From contig OZ250161.1 of assembly GCA_965237985.1 (NCBI GenBank), positions 104,078 through 168,077 of the forward strand: DNA of 64,000 bases, written 5' to 3'. The notes below the pieces were generated by a model, which was not told the origin of the DNA, ran no database searches, and was given only the letters and a program-made list of their open reading frames with translations. Shown in pieces: positions 29,291 to 39,848 of this stretch; within the stretch, counting starts at the first letter, position 1, and each line of letters opens with the position of its first letter. Origin of the DNA: Candidatus Oxydemutatoraceae bacterium. GTDB lineage: Bacteria > Pseudomonadota > Gammaproteobacteria > Poriferisulfidales > Oxydemutatoraceae. Made by a program: the position numbers and the translations under genes.

Positions 29291-31102
29291 ATGACGGTTC
29301 ATTCGCCACAACAGATTCGAAATTTCTCGATCATTGCGCACATTGATCATGGCAAATCTACGCTTGCAGACCGCTTTATTGAACATTGCGGGGCGCTGGA
29401 TGCGCGTAATCCTGATGAGCAGGTGCTGGATTCCATGGAACTCGAACGCGAACGCGGCATTACGATCAAAGCGCAATCCGTGCAACTGGATTACGTGTCG
29501 GATTCTGGGGAAAACTACCAGTTCAACTTGATCGATACCCCCGGGCACGTAGATTTCGGCTATGAAGTTTCCCGTGCTTTGGCTGCCTGTGAAGGATGTC
29601 TCCTGGTGGTGGATGCAGTGCAGGGCGTGCAGGCACAAACCATTGCGAATTGCTATCAGGCCATTGCCGAAAACCTGGAAGTGTTGCCAGTGATCAACAA
29701 GATAGACTTGACGGCGGCAGACCCGGAGCAAGTAAAGCAGGATATTGAGGAAATGATTGGCATTGACGCGACGAACGCGGCATTGGTCAGCGCACGTGAT
29801 GGCACAGGAATCAGCGACCTGATGGAACGAGTCGTGCGGCAGCTGCCGCCGCCTCAAGGCGTAGCGGATGCGCCGTTGAAAGCGTTGGTGGTGGATTCCT
29901 GGTTTGATCGCTATCAGGGAGTTGTGACACTGGTTCGAGTTGTCCAGGGGGTGATGTGCAAAGGAGACACAGTGAAGTTTTTCGGAACGGAACATTCTTA
30001 CCGTGTCGAAGAACTCGGGGTGTTCAGACCGAAGCAAAGCGAAAAGGAGCGGCTGAGTTCTGGTGAGGTGGGTTACGTTATTGCCGGTGTAAAAGATATT
30101 TCCGAAGTCAGAGTCGGAGACACGCTTACGCATAAAAAATTTCCTGCCGGAGAACTTTTGCCAGGATTTGCGAAAATTCAGCCCTTGGTGTTTGCCGGTT
30201 TTTTCCCGGTTCAGTCAGAGGACTATGAGCGGCTTCGGGAGTCCCTTGTAAAACTGGCACTTAACGACGCTTCCCTGCATTATGAGAAAGAAGTATCCCA
30301 GGCACTCGGGTTTGGGTTTCGTTGCGGTTTTCTCGGCATGTTGCACATGGAAATCGTGCAGCAGCGGCTGGAGAGGGAATATCTGCTGAAGATTATCAGT
30401 ACCGCGCCGACGGTCAGTTACCAGATTCTGGGCACCAACGGAGCGCTCCTGGAAGTTCGCAAGCCCGGAGATTTGCCTGATGCCGGCATGATCTCTGAAA
30501 TTCGCGAACCGCTGGTGGACGTTTCCATCATCCTGCCGGAGAAATATGTTGGTGGCGTGATCACGTTGTGCATTCAAAAGCGTGGTCGGCAACGCAAGCT
30601 GCAGTACACCGGACGGCACGTTTCCTTGGGATTCACTATGCCGATGAGTGAAGTCATCAGAGATTTTTTTGATCGCCTGAAATCGGTGACCCGTGGCTAT
30701 GCATCGTTTGATTACAAACCTGCGGGATACCAGGCAGGTGACTTAGTACGAATCGATGTGCTGCTGAATGGCGAGCGCGTCGACGCTTTGTCCATGATTG
30801 TGCACCGAAAGCATACCCGGCACCTGGCTCAGGAGCTATGCCGAAAAATGAAAGACCTGATCCCGCGCCAACTGTACGACGTTGCCATCCAGGTTGCGAT
30901 TGGCAGCCGGATCATTTCCCGTTCCACAACGAAAGCGCTGCGTAAGAACGTGACCGGCAAGTGTTATGGTGGCGACATTACACGCAAAAGGAAACTGCTG
31001 GATAAACAGAAAGCCGGGAAGAAGCGTTTGAAGCGTATTGGCCACGTGGAAGTCCCACAAGAAGCATTTCTGTCTATTTTGAAAGTTGAAAGCCGGACCT
31101 GA
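29291..31102 (+). CDS. lepA: Translation elongation factor 4 (LepA)
   Basis: [21 protein letters not shown]-domain. 603 aa. Confidence 0.95.
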   Translation: MTVHSPQQIRNFSIIAHIDHGKSTLADRFIEHCGALDARNPDEQVLDSMELERERGITIKAQSVQLDYVSDSGENYQFNLIDTPGHVDFGYEVSRALAACEGCLLVVDAVQGVQAQTIANCYQAIAENLEVLPVINKIDLTAADPEQVKQDIEEMIGIDATNAALVSARDGTGISDLMERVVRQLPPPQGVADAPLKALVVDSWFDRYQGVVTLVRVVQGVMCKGDTVKFFGTEHSYRVEELGVFRPKQSEKERLSSGEVGYVIAGVKDISEVRVGDTLTHKKFPAGELLPGFAKIQPLVFAGFFPVQSEDYERLRESLVKLALNDASLHYEKEVSQALGFGFRCGFLGMLHMEIVQQRLEREYLLKIISTAPTVSYQILGTNGALLEVRKPGDLPDAGMISEIREPLVDVSIILPEKYVGGVITLCIQKRGRQRKLQYTGRHVSLGFTMPMSEVIRDFFDRLKSVTRGYASFDYKPAGYQAGDLVRIDVLLNGERVDALSMIVHRKHTRHLAQELCRKMKDLIPRQLYDVAIQVAIGSRIISRSTTKALRKNVTGKCYGGDITRKRKLLDKQKAGKKRLKRIGHVEVPQEAFLSILKVESRT

Positions 31103-31208
31103 AACGAGCTTTCTTTACTGTTATGCCAAGGCCGCGATGGGCCCGTTTATTCCAACCTTTAGCTGAAAGCAAAACCACACACGCCGGGCAGGTTGTGCTG
31201 AGAATGGC

Positions 31209-32096
31209 TTGGCAACGAACAGGATTGACGGGGCCGCCATGAATCGCATGGTCGCCGACGTGGATTTCTCGAAACCCTGCCTGATGGGGATCCTGAACAT
31301 CACGCCGGACAGCTTTTCAGACGGTGGAAATTATCTGGACCCGCGCAAGGCCATTCAGCATGCTGAAGAAATGGTGGCGCAGGGGGCGGACATCATCGAT
31401 GTCGGCGGGGAGTCGACCCGTCCTGGTTCCGAACGGGTTTCTGTTGCCGAGCAAAGGCACCGCGTGATTGACGTGATTTTTGCCATCAGGAAGGCTTTTC
31501 CACATATTCCAATCAGTATTGACACCACACAAAGCGCGGTCGCAGACGCGGCTTTGGCAGCTGGTGCCAGCATCCTGAATGATGTTTCCGCCGGCTGCGA
31601 AGACTCCGCCATGTTCCGACTTGCCGCAGAAAACAGGGCTTATTTATGCTTGATGCATAAGCAGGGTTCTCCGATGGACATGCAGGACAATCCACATTAT
31701 GGAGACGTCGTGGCGGAAGTGGAAGAGTTTCTTTTGCAACGTGCAGAGGATGCGAAAAAATCCGGTGTTGATGACAACAAAATTCTTTTGGATCCAGGCA
31801 TTGGTTTCGGAAAAACATTGCAACATAATCTGGAATTGCTTGCCAATCTCCAAAGCTTGACCCGTCACGCTTACCCGGTTTTGCTGGGCGCAAGTCGTAA
31901 GCGTTTTATCGCCAGTCTTTCTCGAGGCGAATCTCCGGAACAAAGGGAGCCGGCCGGCTTGGCGACTACGGTTTACGGTTATTTAAGCGGAGTGAAAGTG
32001 TTTCGCGTTCACGATGTGGCAGCGCATCGCCAGGTTTTGCTTGCGACGAGTGCCATTCATGTCCACCGGGTGCCTGCCTGGGGTGATTTGCTTTAG
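31209..32096 (+). CDS. folP: Dihydropteroate synthase FolP
   Basis: GILNITPDSFSDGG and DIIDVGGESTRPG motifs. The start may be Met 31239. Confidence 0.85.
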   Translation: MATNRIDGAAMNRMVADVDFSKPCLMGILNITPDSFSDGGNYLDPRKAIQHAEEMVAQGADIIDVGGESTRPGSERVSVAEQRHRVIDVIFAIRKAFPHIPISIDTTQSAVADAALAAGASILNDVSAGCEDSAMFRLAAENRAYLCLMHKQGSPMDMQDNPHYGDVVAEVEEFLLQRAEDAKKSGVDDNKILLDPGIGFGKTLQHNLELLANLQSLTRHAYPVLLGASRKRFIASLSRGESPEQREPAGLATTVYGYLSGVKVFRVHDVAAHRQVLLATSAIHVHRVPAWGDLL

Positions 32097-32350
32097 GAAC
32101 AACCCGGTCTGGTGATTGTGATGTCGCGGCATGGTTCCGGGACAGACCCGGCCGGTGCGCTCCCGGTGGAGAGATTTCATTGTCGTCCATCGTCATCCAT
32201 CGTCATCCATGTTCACCGGGTGCCTGCTTGGGGTGATTTTCTTTGGGAACCGCCCGGTCTGGTGACTGTGCGGTGTCGCGGCATGGTTCCGGGACAGACC
32301 AGGCTGCACCTGGTGCAGAAATTCCACTGGGTCGTCGGTTTCCAAGGCAC
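32059..32350. repeat. ~145-bp unit x2 covering the convergent 3' ends of folP and thiE
   Basis: CATGT(C/T)CACCGGGTGCCTGC(C/T)TGGGGTGATTT...GGCATGGTTCCGGGACAGACC occurs at 32059 and again at 32207. The second copy supplies the current ThiE C-terminus. Confidence 0.7.
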
Positions 32351-32915
32351 TGATAAAAGCGAAAAACCTGTGACCGCTGGTATAAAGTTTGTACCAATTG
32401 TGCCGGTTCACCCCACCGATGATGCACATCGGAATGCGTAGCGTTTGTTGAAATTCAGCCAGTTTTTTCAATGTAGTCCGGGGCGTGCGTTTTTTGGTCG
32501 GTGAAGCGAAAGGCGAACTGAACGACACATAGTCTGCGCCCTGTGCCTGTGCCTGCAATGCCGTGTCCAGGCAGGTATAGCAGGAAATTCCAATGACACT
32601 ATGGGCACCAAGCAGGAGCCGGGCGGTGGCAACATCCGGGTCGTCTGCCCCCAAATGCACTCCATGCGCCTTGGTGGCATGCGCAAGTACCGGGTCATCG
32701 TTTATGACCAAGTGCACTCCGTTTTTTTCACAGGCATTACGCAGGGCAATGATCTTCGCTAAATTGTGAAAAGCGTTTCCGGTTTTGTCTCGGTATTGCA
32801 GGATATTGAAACCCGTCGCAAGCAAGACATCCAGTTTTCGGGTATGCAACAGGCTGGCAAGCAGTTCTGGCGATAAAACGGGATAGGGGCCGGTGAGGAT
32901 GGGTGATGTCAACAA
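32193..32915 (-). CDS. thiE: Thiamine-phosphate synthase ThiE (C-terminal ~45 aa read through the duplicated segment)
   Basis: HLGADDPDVATARLLLGAHSVIGISC...GADYVSF...CIIGGV ThiE motifs. Probable TTG start at 32915 or 32912 overlaps the thiD stop (TTGA). The ORF-track ATG at 33074 lies inside thiD. Confidence 0.7.
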   Translation of the reverse strand: MLTSPILTGPYPVLSPELLASLLHTRKLDVLLATGFNILQYRDKTGNAFHNLAKIIALRNACEKNGVHLVINDDPVLAHATKAHGVHLGADDPDVATARLLLGAHSVIGISCYTCLDTALQAQAQGADYVSFSSPFASPTKKRTPRTTLKKLAEFQQTLRIPMCIIGGVNRHNWYKLYTSGHRFFAFISALETDDPVEFLHQVQPGLSRNHAATPHSHQTGRFPKKITPSRHPVNMDDDG

Positions 32916-32916
32916 G

Positions 32917-33696
32917 TCAACAGCGCTTTGGCAGCCATGTCCCTGTATTGCTTTGCATGGCGTTGAGAAGAGCGATGTACGTGAAATCCAGTGCTTTTTG
33001 TACAGCGGCTTCCAAAGGATTGGCGCAGGCCATGTACGTGGCAATCGCGCTTGCCAATGTGCAGCCACTGCCATGATAGGTGTGCCGGAGGCGGCGGCTG
33101 CGAAAAGTCCGTGTGGTTTTTTTTGTCTGGTACAGCCGATGAATCAATTCTTGCCGTGTGATTTTCACGCTGGTGACCAATATGGCGGTGCAACCAGAGT
33201 CGAGGAGGACCTGTGCTGCCATGTCGGCATTGTGGGTTCCTGGGGCCAGTGTCAGTGCTTCTTCGTAGTTGGGGGTCGCCAGGCATGCCATGGGCAACAA
33301 CTGCTTTTGCAAAGCCGCGATTCCAGTTGTAGTGTTGAGTGACTGGCCGGTTCCAGCATTGATGACCGGGTCGACGACTAAAGGTACAGGTGGAAATTCC
33401 CGCAAGACCTCGCTGACTGTTTTCGCATGCGGCCCCAGCATTCCAGTTTTGATCAGAGAGATTTTGAACTCTGAAAAAACCGTTTGAATTTGAGCCCGCA
33501 AATCGCGGGCACTTATGGCCTGCCAGGAAAGGACTGCGTTTCCGCTTTGTGTGGTGTTGCAGGCAAGTGCACAGACCGGATGTCCCCCGCAGGCGGAAAC
33601 CGTTTCTATGTCGGCCTGCAACCCGGCACCTCCGGTAGGATCGAATCCAGAAACGCATAGCACGACTGGTATTTTTCTGTTTTTTATTTTAACCAT
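32917..33696 (-). CDS. thiD: Hydroxymethylpyrimidine/phosphomethylpyrimidine kinase ThiD
   Basis: VVLCVSGFDPTGGAGLQADI N-terminus. PfkB-family kinase. 259 aa. Confidence 0.85.
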   Translation of the reverse strand: MVKIKNRKIPVVLCVSGFDPTGGAGLQADIETVSACGGHPVCALACNTTQSGNAVLSWQAISARDLRAQIQTVFSEFKISLIKTGMLGPHAKTVSEVLREFPPVPLVVDPVINAGTGQSLNTTTGIAALQKQLLPMACLATPNYEEALTLAPGTHNADMAAQVLLDSGCTAILVTSVKITRQELIHRLYQTKKTTRTFRSRRLRHTYHGSGCTLASAIATYMACANPLEAAVQKALDFTYIALLNAMQSNTGTWLPKRC

Positions 33697-33942
33697 GGCG
33701 ACAGTTTAATGAGTACGACGACGCATTGTAGAAAATAACGGCGGTGCGCAAGGAAGGGTTTTTAGTGGCGTGGTATGCGCAGTGTTCGGTTGTCGTGAAC
33801 GCATAGCACGACTGGTATTTTTCTGTTTTTTATTTTAACCATGGCGACAGTTTAATGAGTACGACGACGCATTGTAGAAAATAACGGCGGTGCGCAAGGA
33901 AGGGTTTTTAGTGGCGTGGTACGCGCAGTGTCCGGTTGTCGT
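33653..33942. repeat. 145-bp unit x2: thiD start codon, first 14 codons and ~100 bp of upstream leader duplicated in tandem
   Basis: AACGCATAGCACGACTGGTATTTTTCTGTTTTTTATTTTAACCATGGCGACAG... occurs at 33653 and 33798. Only two base differences between copies. Confidence 0.85.
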
Positions 33943-34173
33943 GTAGGAGAAGTTGGGAATATCCGGTTTTTGTTTCTGCTGACCTCACTCTGTATCAGGC
34001 ACTCTGTCAAACCAGGGAGCCAAGCAGCCATGCTGCTTCCTGACGAAGACTGCCGCCGGGTAGAATAGCTCGCCTTGCAGTGCAAAGTTTGAAATGAAAC
34101 TGTGTTTTGTAAGAATTGCCTGGCGTAGTTGTCTGTGGCGGAGGCGTTGGTTTTCCTGTTTGGAGTAGTCGAG

Positions 34174-34356
34174 ATGGCTTATAAAAAATGGATGTGCATG
34201 ATATGTGGGTGGATTTACGATGAGGAGCATGGTGTTCCGGAAGACGGACTCGCTCCCGGCACACGGTGGCAGGATGTGCCGGATAATTGGACGTGTCCGG
34301 AATGTGGCGCAGCGAAAAGCGATTTTGACATGATTGATGTCCCAGCGGACGAGTAA
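34174..34356 (+). CDS. Rubredoxin
   Basis: [18 protein letters not shown]...WTCPECG with two CxxCG iron-binding knuckles. About 60 aa. Confidence 0.85.
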   Translation: MAYKKWMCMICGWIYDEEHGVPEDGLAPGTRWQDVPDNWTCPECGAAKSDFDMIDVPADE

Positions 34357-34427
34357 ACGGCAAATGGTTCCCTGAAGAACGATTTCCAACTCCTGTTGTT
34401 TTCCTGAAACGGCTGTTACATTCCCAC

Positions 34428-35759
34428 TTGCCACCTGAGCATTTCAGGCTTTGGCAAATCACGCTCCCCATGATGTTGACCGGCCTGTCGGTGCCGTTAC
34501 TGGGGTTCGTGGACATGGCAGTACTCGGTCACCTTGACGATTCGCTTTTTCTTGCCGCGGGAGCTGTCGGGATTGCCGTGATGCACTTTCTGTTCTGGCT
34601 TTTCGGGTTTTTGCGCATGGGCACGACTGGGGTAATCGCGCAGTTGTATGGAAGAGGTGAGCACAAAACCTTGGTGCGGAGCTTTCATCAGGTGCTGTTT
34701 CTGGGATTGTCACTCGCTGCCATTCTGATCCTGCTAAAAAAACCGTTGGTGGAACTGGTCTTGCTTTTGTACCATCCAGAGCAATCGTTCGGTGCTTTGA
34801 TTTCCGATTATGTGGACATGCGGATCTGGGCGGCACCGGCGACGTTCATTCATTTCATTGTCTGGGGGGTTTTTCTGGGCTTGCAAAAGCCGCTGTACCC
34901 GTTGGCGTTGATGGTTTTCATCAACACCCTCAACGCTGTACTGGATGTGGTTTTTGTGTTTTTCTTGGGGCTTGACGTGACGGGTGTTGCTTTGGCTTCA
35001 GTGATTGCTGAATACAGTGGGCTGATACCGGCTTTCTGTTTTTTGAGACGTTCCTTCCCCGCCGGCATCAGGCCTTGGCGCGTTTCGGAATGGAGCAATG
35101 CCCAGCTATGGGCACTACTCTCTTTGAACTACTACCTGTTTCTGCGGACCTTGTTGCTGCTGTTTGCGTTTCTGTTTTTCAATCTGCAATCTGCCAGGCT
35201 GGGCACGTCGTATGTCGCAGCCAATGCCATTTTGATCAATATGCTGATGTTTATGGCTTTTGCGCTTGATGGATTCGCCTATGCCATTGAAACCTTGATC
35301 GGTTATTGTGCAGGTCGCCGCGACCTTGCGGGGGTGAAAAAGTTTTTGTCGGCGGGTTGGATTTGGGCGGCATTGCTGGGCGGCGGTTTCTCCTTGTTTT
35401 ACTGGTTCAGTGGTGACTGGATTATTTATTTGCTGACGGATCTGACCGAGGTGCGGGTGGTTGCAGAAGAATTTCTTCCCTGGATGGTGCTCATGCCGCT
35501 GCTGTGCGTGGCCCCCTTTTTTTACGACGGCGTTTTTATTGGCCTACTGAAATTCAAGGCCATGCTGGTCTGCCTGGTATTTGCGACGATTGTGGTGTAT
35601 TTGCCGCTTTGGTATTTTCTTTTCGAACTTGGCAACGACGGACTCTGGATAGCCATGAGTGCTTTCATGCTGACTCGTGGCCTGGTGCTTCATGTCTGGT
35701 ACCTGTACGGGCGTGCCACCAATACGCTTTTTGCAAAGCCTGGAGGCAAAATTGTTTGA
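34428..35759 (+). CDS. MATE family efflux transporter (DinF/NorM-like)
   Basis: 443 aa, 12 predicted TM helices, MATE signature segments. Confidence 0.85.
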   Translation: MPPEHFRLWQITLPMMLTGLSVPLLGFVDMAVLGHLDDSLFLAAGAVGIAVMHFLFWLFGFLRMGTTGVIAQLYGRGEHKTLVRSFHQVLFLGLSLAAILILLKKPLVELVLLLYHPEQSFGALISDYVDMRIWAAPATFIHFIVWGVFLGLQKPLYPLALMVFINTLNAVLDVVFVFFLGLDVTGVALASVIAEYSGLIPAFCFLRRSFPAGIRPWRVSEWSNAQLWALLSLNYYLFLRTLLLLFAFLFFNLQSARLGTSYVAANAILINMLMFMAFALDGFAYAIETLIGYCAGRRDLAGVKKFLSAGWIWAALLGGGFSLFYWFSGDWIIYLLTDLTEVRVVAEEFLPWMVLMPLLCVAPFFYDGVFIGLLKFKAMLVCLVFATIVVYLPLWYFLFELGNDGLWIAMSAFMLTRGLVLHVWYLYGRATNTLFAKPGGKIV

Positions 35760-35860
35760 GGCCGGTTGGATAGCCATGGTTCTCGGGATGATTCGACTGG
35801 AAGATTTGGAAGCAGTCTCTCTTGCGGGCAAGCGCGGTCCCGTTTTTTATGAAACGGTTT

Positions 35861-36721
35861 TCAGTGTGTTTCGTTTTTTCCGGTAATCTCCCGCAGTTTC
35901 TGCGTGGGGTTCTCCGCCTTCAAAAGTGCTTCCCCGACCAGGAAGGCATACACAGAAGCGGATTGCAGTTTGAGAACATCGGCACGGCTGTGAATGCCGC
36001 TTTCGCTGACTATAAGACAGTCGTTTGCCTGTGATATTTGGGGTGCCAGGCGCAAGGTGACATCCAGTCGTGTGGTGAAGTCACGCAGGTCACGATTGTT
36101 GATGCCGATCAATTTCAGCGCTTCGCCAATTTCAAGCGCATGCTCCAGGTCCGCTTCGTCGTGGATTTCCACTAAAGCGTCCATGCCGAGTTCACTTGTC
36201 TGGTGAAACAGATCGGCCAGTTGCTGGCCATCCAGCGCGCTGGCAATCAACAATAGCGCATCGGCACCGTAAGCCCGGCTTTCCATGATTTGCCAAGGGT
36301 CAATGATGAAGTCCTTGCGCAAGACTGGCAAAAAACAGTACCGGCGTACCATGTCAAGGTGTACGCTTGAACCTTTGAAAAAATGTTCTTCCGTCAAAAC
36401 CGAAAGGCAGATTGCACCGGCCTGCGCGTAATATCGTGCCAGATCCAGCGGTTCAAACGGTTCGCACAACACCCCGCGACTGGGGGAGGCGCGTTTGATT
36501 TCAGCAATGATCGCAGTTTCCTGCTTTTCTGTGGTGCGTTGCAAAGCGGCAATGAACCCGCGCGTGTTTCCTTGTTCCTCGCCTCGTTCCTTGAGTTCGG
36601 TCACTTGCCACCGCCTTTTGGCGGTCGCCAATGTTTCTTTTTTGTGCGCGAGTATTTTTCGCAGCAAGCCGTCCGGTTTTTTCAATTTCTTTCCTTCCTG
36701 AGTTGTGTTGTGGTTTCGCAA
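35861..36721 (-). CDS. trpC: Indole-3-glycerol phosphate synthase TrpC
   Basis: FLPVLRKDFIIDPWQIMESRAYGADA and INNRDL motifs. The start is probably internal to the listed ORF. Confidence 0.85.
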   Translation of the reverse strand: MRNHNTTQEGKKLKKPDGLLRKILAHKKETLATAKRRWQVTELKERGEEQGNTRGFIAALQRTTEKQETAIIAEIKRASPSRGVLCEPFEPLDLARYYAQAGAICLSVLTEEHFFKGSSVHLDMVRRYCFLPVLRKDFIIDPWQIMESRAYGADALLLIASALDGQQLADLFHQTSELGMDALVEIHDEADLEHALEIGEALKLIGINNRDLRDFTTRLDVTLRLAPQISQANDCLIVSESGIHSRADVLKLQSASVYAFLVGEALLKAENPTQKLREITGKNETH

Positions 36722-37716
36722 AGTGTCTGGAGGGTGTTTTCAGCAGCGCCGGATTGAATCGCCGCCAATGCGACGCGCACTCCCTGTTCAAGGGTTTTTG
36801 CCATCCCGGAAATGTAAATTGTTGCTCCGGCATTCATGGCCACCACGTCCCGTGCAGCCCCCGTTTCACCGGCGAATACCCGCTTTATGATCGCCAGACT
36901 TTCTGCCGGGCCAGAGGCTCTGATGGTTTTTATGTCCGCCATGTCAAAGCCAAAAATTTGCGGGGAAAGCGTGTAGCTTGTTTCTTGGTCGCCAGTCCGT
37001 TCCACAACCCGGGTTTTCGCGCAAATGGATATTTCGTCCATCCCATCTTCGCCGTGTACCACCAGCACGTGGCGCACGCCGAGCTGGGTGGCTGCCCGTG
37101 CCATGGGCACCAGCCACGTTGTGTCGAACACGCCCAGTAAACGGGTATCGGCATGAGCAGGATTGACCAAGGGGCCGAGCAAGTTGAAAATCGTGGGCAC
37201 TGACAAGGCTTTGCGTATGGGGGCGACGTGGCGCATGGCAGTGTGGTAGACAGGTGCAAAAAGAAAGCCCAGACCGGTTTGTTCAATGCACTGTATGACT
37301 TCGGAAGCCTGCAAGGCAATTTTGACTCCGGCGGCTTCCAGAACATCGGCGCTTCCGGTTGCACCTGACACGGCACGGTTGCCATGCTTGGCAATTTTGA
37401 CTCCGGCGGCGGCAGCTACGATGGCAGCGGCGGTGGAGATATTAAAAGTGCCAGAAGCATCGCCACCTGTGCCGCAGGTGTCGGTCAAAGGTGCCGGCCA
37501 GGCCTCCGTCTGCTGGGTGAATTTTTGCAATGTCGCGGCCGCCGTGGCAATTTCTTCTGCAGTTTCTCTTTTTGCGCGCCAAGCGATCAAAAGTCCGGCC
37601 GTCTCCGCGGCACCAAGCTCACCCGACATCAGCGCGTTCATGACCGCTGTGACCTGTCCGATTTCCAGGTCCTGGTTGGCGAGCAGTGTTTCCAGGATTT
37701 TTTTATAGGCGGTCAT
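36682..37716 (-). CDS. trpD: Anthranilate phosphoribosyltransferase TrpD
   Basis: CGTGGDASGTFNISTAAAIVAA glycine-rich motif. 344 aa. Confidence 0.9.
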   Translation of the reverse strand: MTAYKKILETLLANQDLEIGQVTAVMNALMSGELGAAETAGLLIAWRAKRETAEEIATAAATLQKFTQQTEAWPAPLTDTCGTGGDASGTFNISTAAAIVAAAAGVKIAKHGNRAVSGATGSADVLEAAGVKIALQASEVIQCIEQTGLGFLFAPVYHTAMRHVAPIRKALSVPTIFNLLGPLVNPAHADTRLLGVFDTTWLVPMARAATQLGVRHVLVVHGEDGMDEISICAKTRVVERTGDQETSYTLSPQIFGFDMADIKTIRASGPAESLAIIKRVFAGETGAARDVVAMNAGATIYISGMAKTLEQGVRVALAAIQSGAAENTLQTLCETTTQLRKERN

Positions 37717-38287
37717 GCAGAAAGTGGTCCAGGAGTTTGTGCCCGTTTTTTGTCAGGATGGATTCGGGATGAAACTGGACACCCACCAAAGGATATTGTC
37801 GGTGGCGGATGCCCATGATCTCTTCGATTGCTCCGTCTGCATTCAGCGTCCAGGCAGTCACTTCAAAGCAGTCTGGCAGGGTTTCCCTGTTAACGGCAAG
37901 CGAGTGATAGCGCACTGCCTGGTAGGGGTTTTCAAAGCCTTCGAACAGTCCTTTGGCGTTGTGATGAATAGCGGAGGTCTTGCCGTGCATGATGTGCCGT
38001 GCCCGTACGATCCGGGCGCCGAACGCTTGGCCGATGGTCTGGTGCCCGAGACAGACGCCGATGATCGGCAACTGTCCGGCAAAGTGACGAACCAGTTCCA
38101 GAGATATTCCGGCCTTTTCCGGTCGACAGGGGCCGGGAGAGAGCACAACACGTTCTGGTTGTCGGCGTTCTATTTCCGCCACCGTAACCTGGTCGTTTCG
38201 CTCTACCCATATCTCGGCTCCGAGCTCACCCAGGTACTGAACGAGGTTGTAGGTGAAGGAATCGTAGTTATCCAGGACCAGGATCAC
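37703..38287 (-). CDS. trpG: Anthranilate synthase component II (glutamine amidotransferase) TrpG
   Basis: ILVLDNYDSFTYNLVQY and GVCLGHQ. Probable GTG start at 38287 overlaps the trpE stop (GTGA). Confidence 0.85.
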   Translation of the reverse strand: MILVLDNYDSFTYNLVQYLGELGAEIWVERNDQVTVAEIERRQPERVVLSPGPCRPEKAGISLELVRHFAGQLPIIGVCLGHQTIGQAFGARIVRARHIMHGKTSAIHHNAKGLFEGFENPYQAVRYHSLAVNRETLPDCFEVTAWTLNADGAIEEIMGIRHRQYPLVGVQFHPESILTKNGHKLLDHFLHDRL

Positions 38288-39771
38288 TGGCTGTTCCAAT
38301 CCTGGCTGCTGGCAGAAATCGCGGCCTGGATCAGTACCTGCACCTTGCTCATGGTCTCGTTCCATTCGTTTTGTGGCTGGGAATCAAATACCAGTCCCGC
38401 GCCCGCCTGGGCATAAATTTTCTGGTCCTTGATGAGTGCTGTCCGAATGGCGATCGCGGCATCAATGTTGCCGGTCCACGAAATATAACCTACTGAGCCC
38501 GCATATACTGACCGTCTTACGGGTTCGAATTGTGCAATCAGTTCCATGGCACGAATTTTCGGCGCTCCGGTCACGGTTCCGGCTGGAAACGATGCTTTGA
38601 GAATATCTATGGCGGAGACTCCCTGCGCACATTGCCCGACAATGTTTGACACGACATGCATGACGTGGGAGTAGCGTTCTACTTCCATCATGCGTTCGAC
38701 AGTTATGCTGCCGGTTTTACATACCCGCCCCAGATCGTTGCGTCCCAGGTCCACCAGCATCAGATGTTCGGCCAGCTCCTTGGGGTCATTGAGCAGTTCA
38801 GTAGCCAGCAGGCGGTCTGTTTCCGGGACCTCGCTCCTCGGTCGGGTTCCTGCTATCGGGCGCAAAGTCAACAGGTTGTTTTCTTTGCGTATCAGGATTT
38901 CAGGAGAAGAACCGACCACGTGAAATTTTCCCAGGTCCAAGTAGTACATGTAGGGAGAAGGGTTCAGGTGGCGCAGGCTTCGGTAATAACTCAGTGGTGA
39001 GACAGTAAGACGGGCCTGCAGTCTTTGTGAAATCACTACCTGCATGAGGTCGCCGTCGGCAATGTATCGCAAAGCGTCTTCGACTGAAGATTTGTAAGCG
39101 GACTCCCCGGTCAGCGAAGAAAAATCATTTTCAGATATTGGCACGGGCAGCTCGTTCCGGGGAGGGCACGCCGGCACATCACGTAGCTGCTCTGCGATTC
39201 TTGCAATACGCAGCCTGGCTTTTTCGTAAGCCCCTTCCTCATCGGTGTCTGCACAGACAACAATGTAAAGCACATTGCGCAGTCTGTCCAAGACTACGAC
39301 TTCATTCGAAATCATCAACAGCGCGTCAGGAACATCCGGTTCATTTACTGCCGGCATAATGTTTGCCAGGCTGGGTTCTACCAAGCCGGAAATTTCATAG
39401 CCAAAGTAGCCTACCAGGCCACCGGCAAAGCGAGGTGCACCAGGCATGGTTGGCATTTTGCGCTTTGCCAAGAAGCATTCAAGGTATTCCAGCGGTGCGT
39501 CATGGGTGGCTTCAGTGCGAGTGTCATCCGTCAAGCAGGTCAGGCGATCGCGGTGTATTTCCAGCCGTTCGCTACAGGGCAAACCGATGATGGAGAAGCG
39601 TCCCCAGTATTCTTCCTGGCTGACGGATTCCAGAAGGTAACTGAACGGGGTATTTGCCAGTTTCAAATAAATCCCCAATGGCGTATCCAGATCCGCAGGC
39701 AATTCCCGGGCCAAGGGTATTTTGGCGTAGCCTTGCCGGGCGTAGCGTGTGTATTGCTGTTTAGTGATCAA
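38284..39771 (-). CDS. trpE: Anthranilate synthase component I TrpE
   Basis: 495 aa. Chorismate-binding domain FPAGTVTGAPKIRAMELI. Confidence 0.9.
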   Translation of the reverse strand: MITKQQYTRYARQGYAKIPLARELPADLDTPLGIYLKLANTPFSYLLESVSQEEYWGRFSIIGLPCSERLEIHRDRLTCLTDDTRTEATHDAPLEYLECFLAKRKMPTMPGAPRFAGGLVGYFGYEISGLVEPSLANIMPAVNEPDVPDALLMISNEVVVLDRLRNVLYIVVCADTDEEGAYEKARLRIARIAEQLRDVPACPPRNELPVPISENDFSSLTGESAYKSSVEDALRYIADGDLMQVVISQRLQARLTVSPLSYYRSLRHLNPSPYMYYLDLGKFHVVGSSPEILIRKENNLLTLRPIAGTRPRSEVPETDRLLATELLNDPKELAEHLMLVDLGRNDLGRVCKTGSITVERMMEVERYSHVMHVVSNIVGQCAQGVSAIDILKASFPAGTVTGAPKIRAMELIAQFEPVRRSVYAGSVGYISWTGNIDAAIAIRTALIKDQKIYAQAGAGLVFDSQPQNEWNETMSKVQVLIQAAISASSQDWNSQ

Positions 39772-39848
39772 GGTTGAGAATGAGAAAAATCAGGTGGAAA
39801 TTTTTGTGCCTGAGTCAGTAAATTTTCCGCAAGGTCGTCTCGTTGTAC

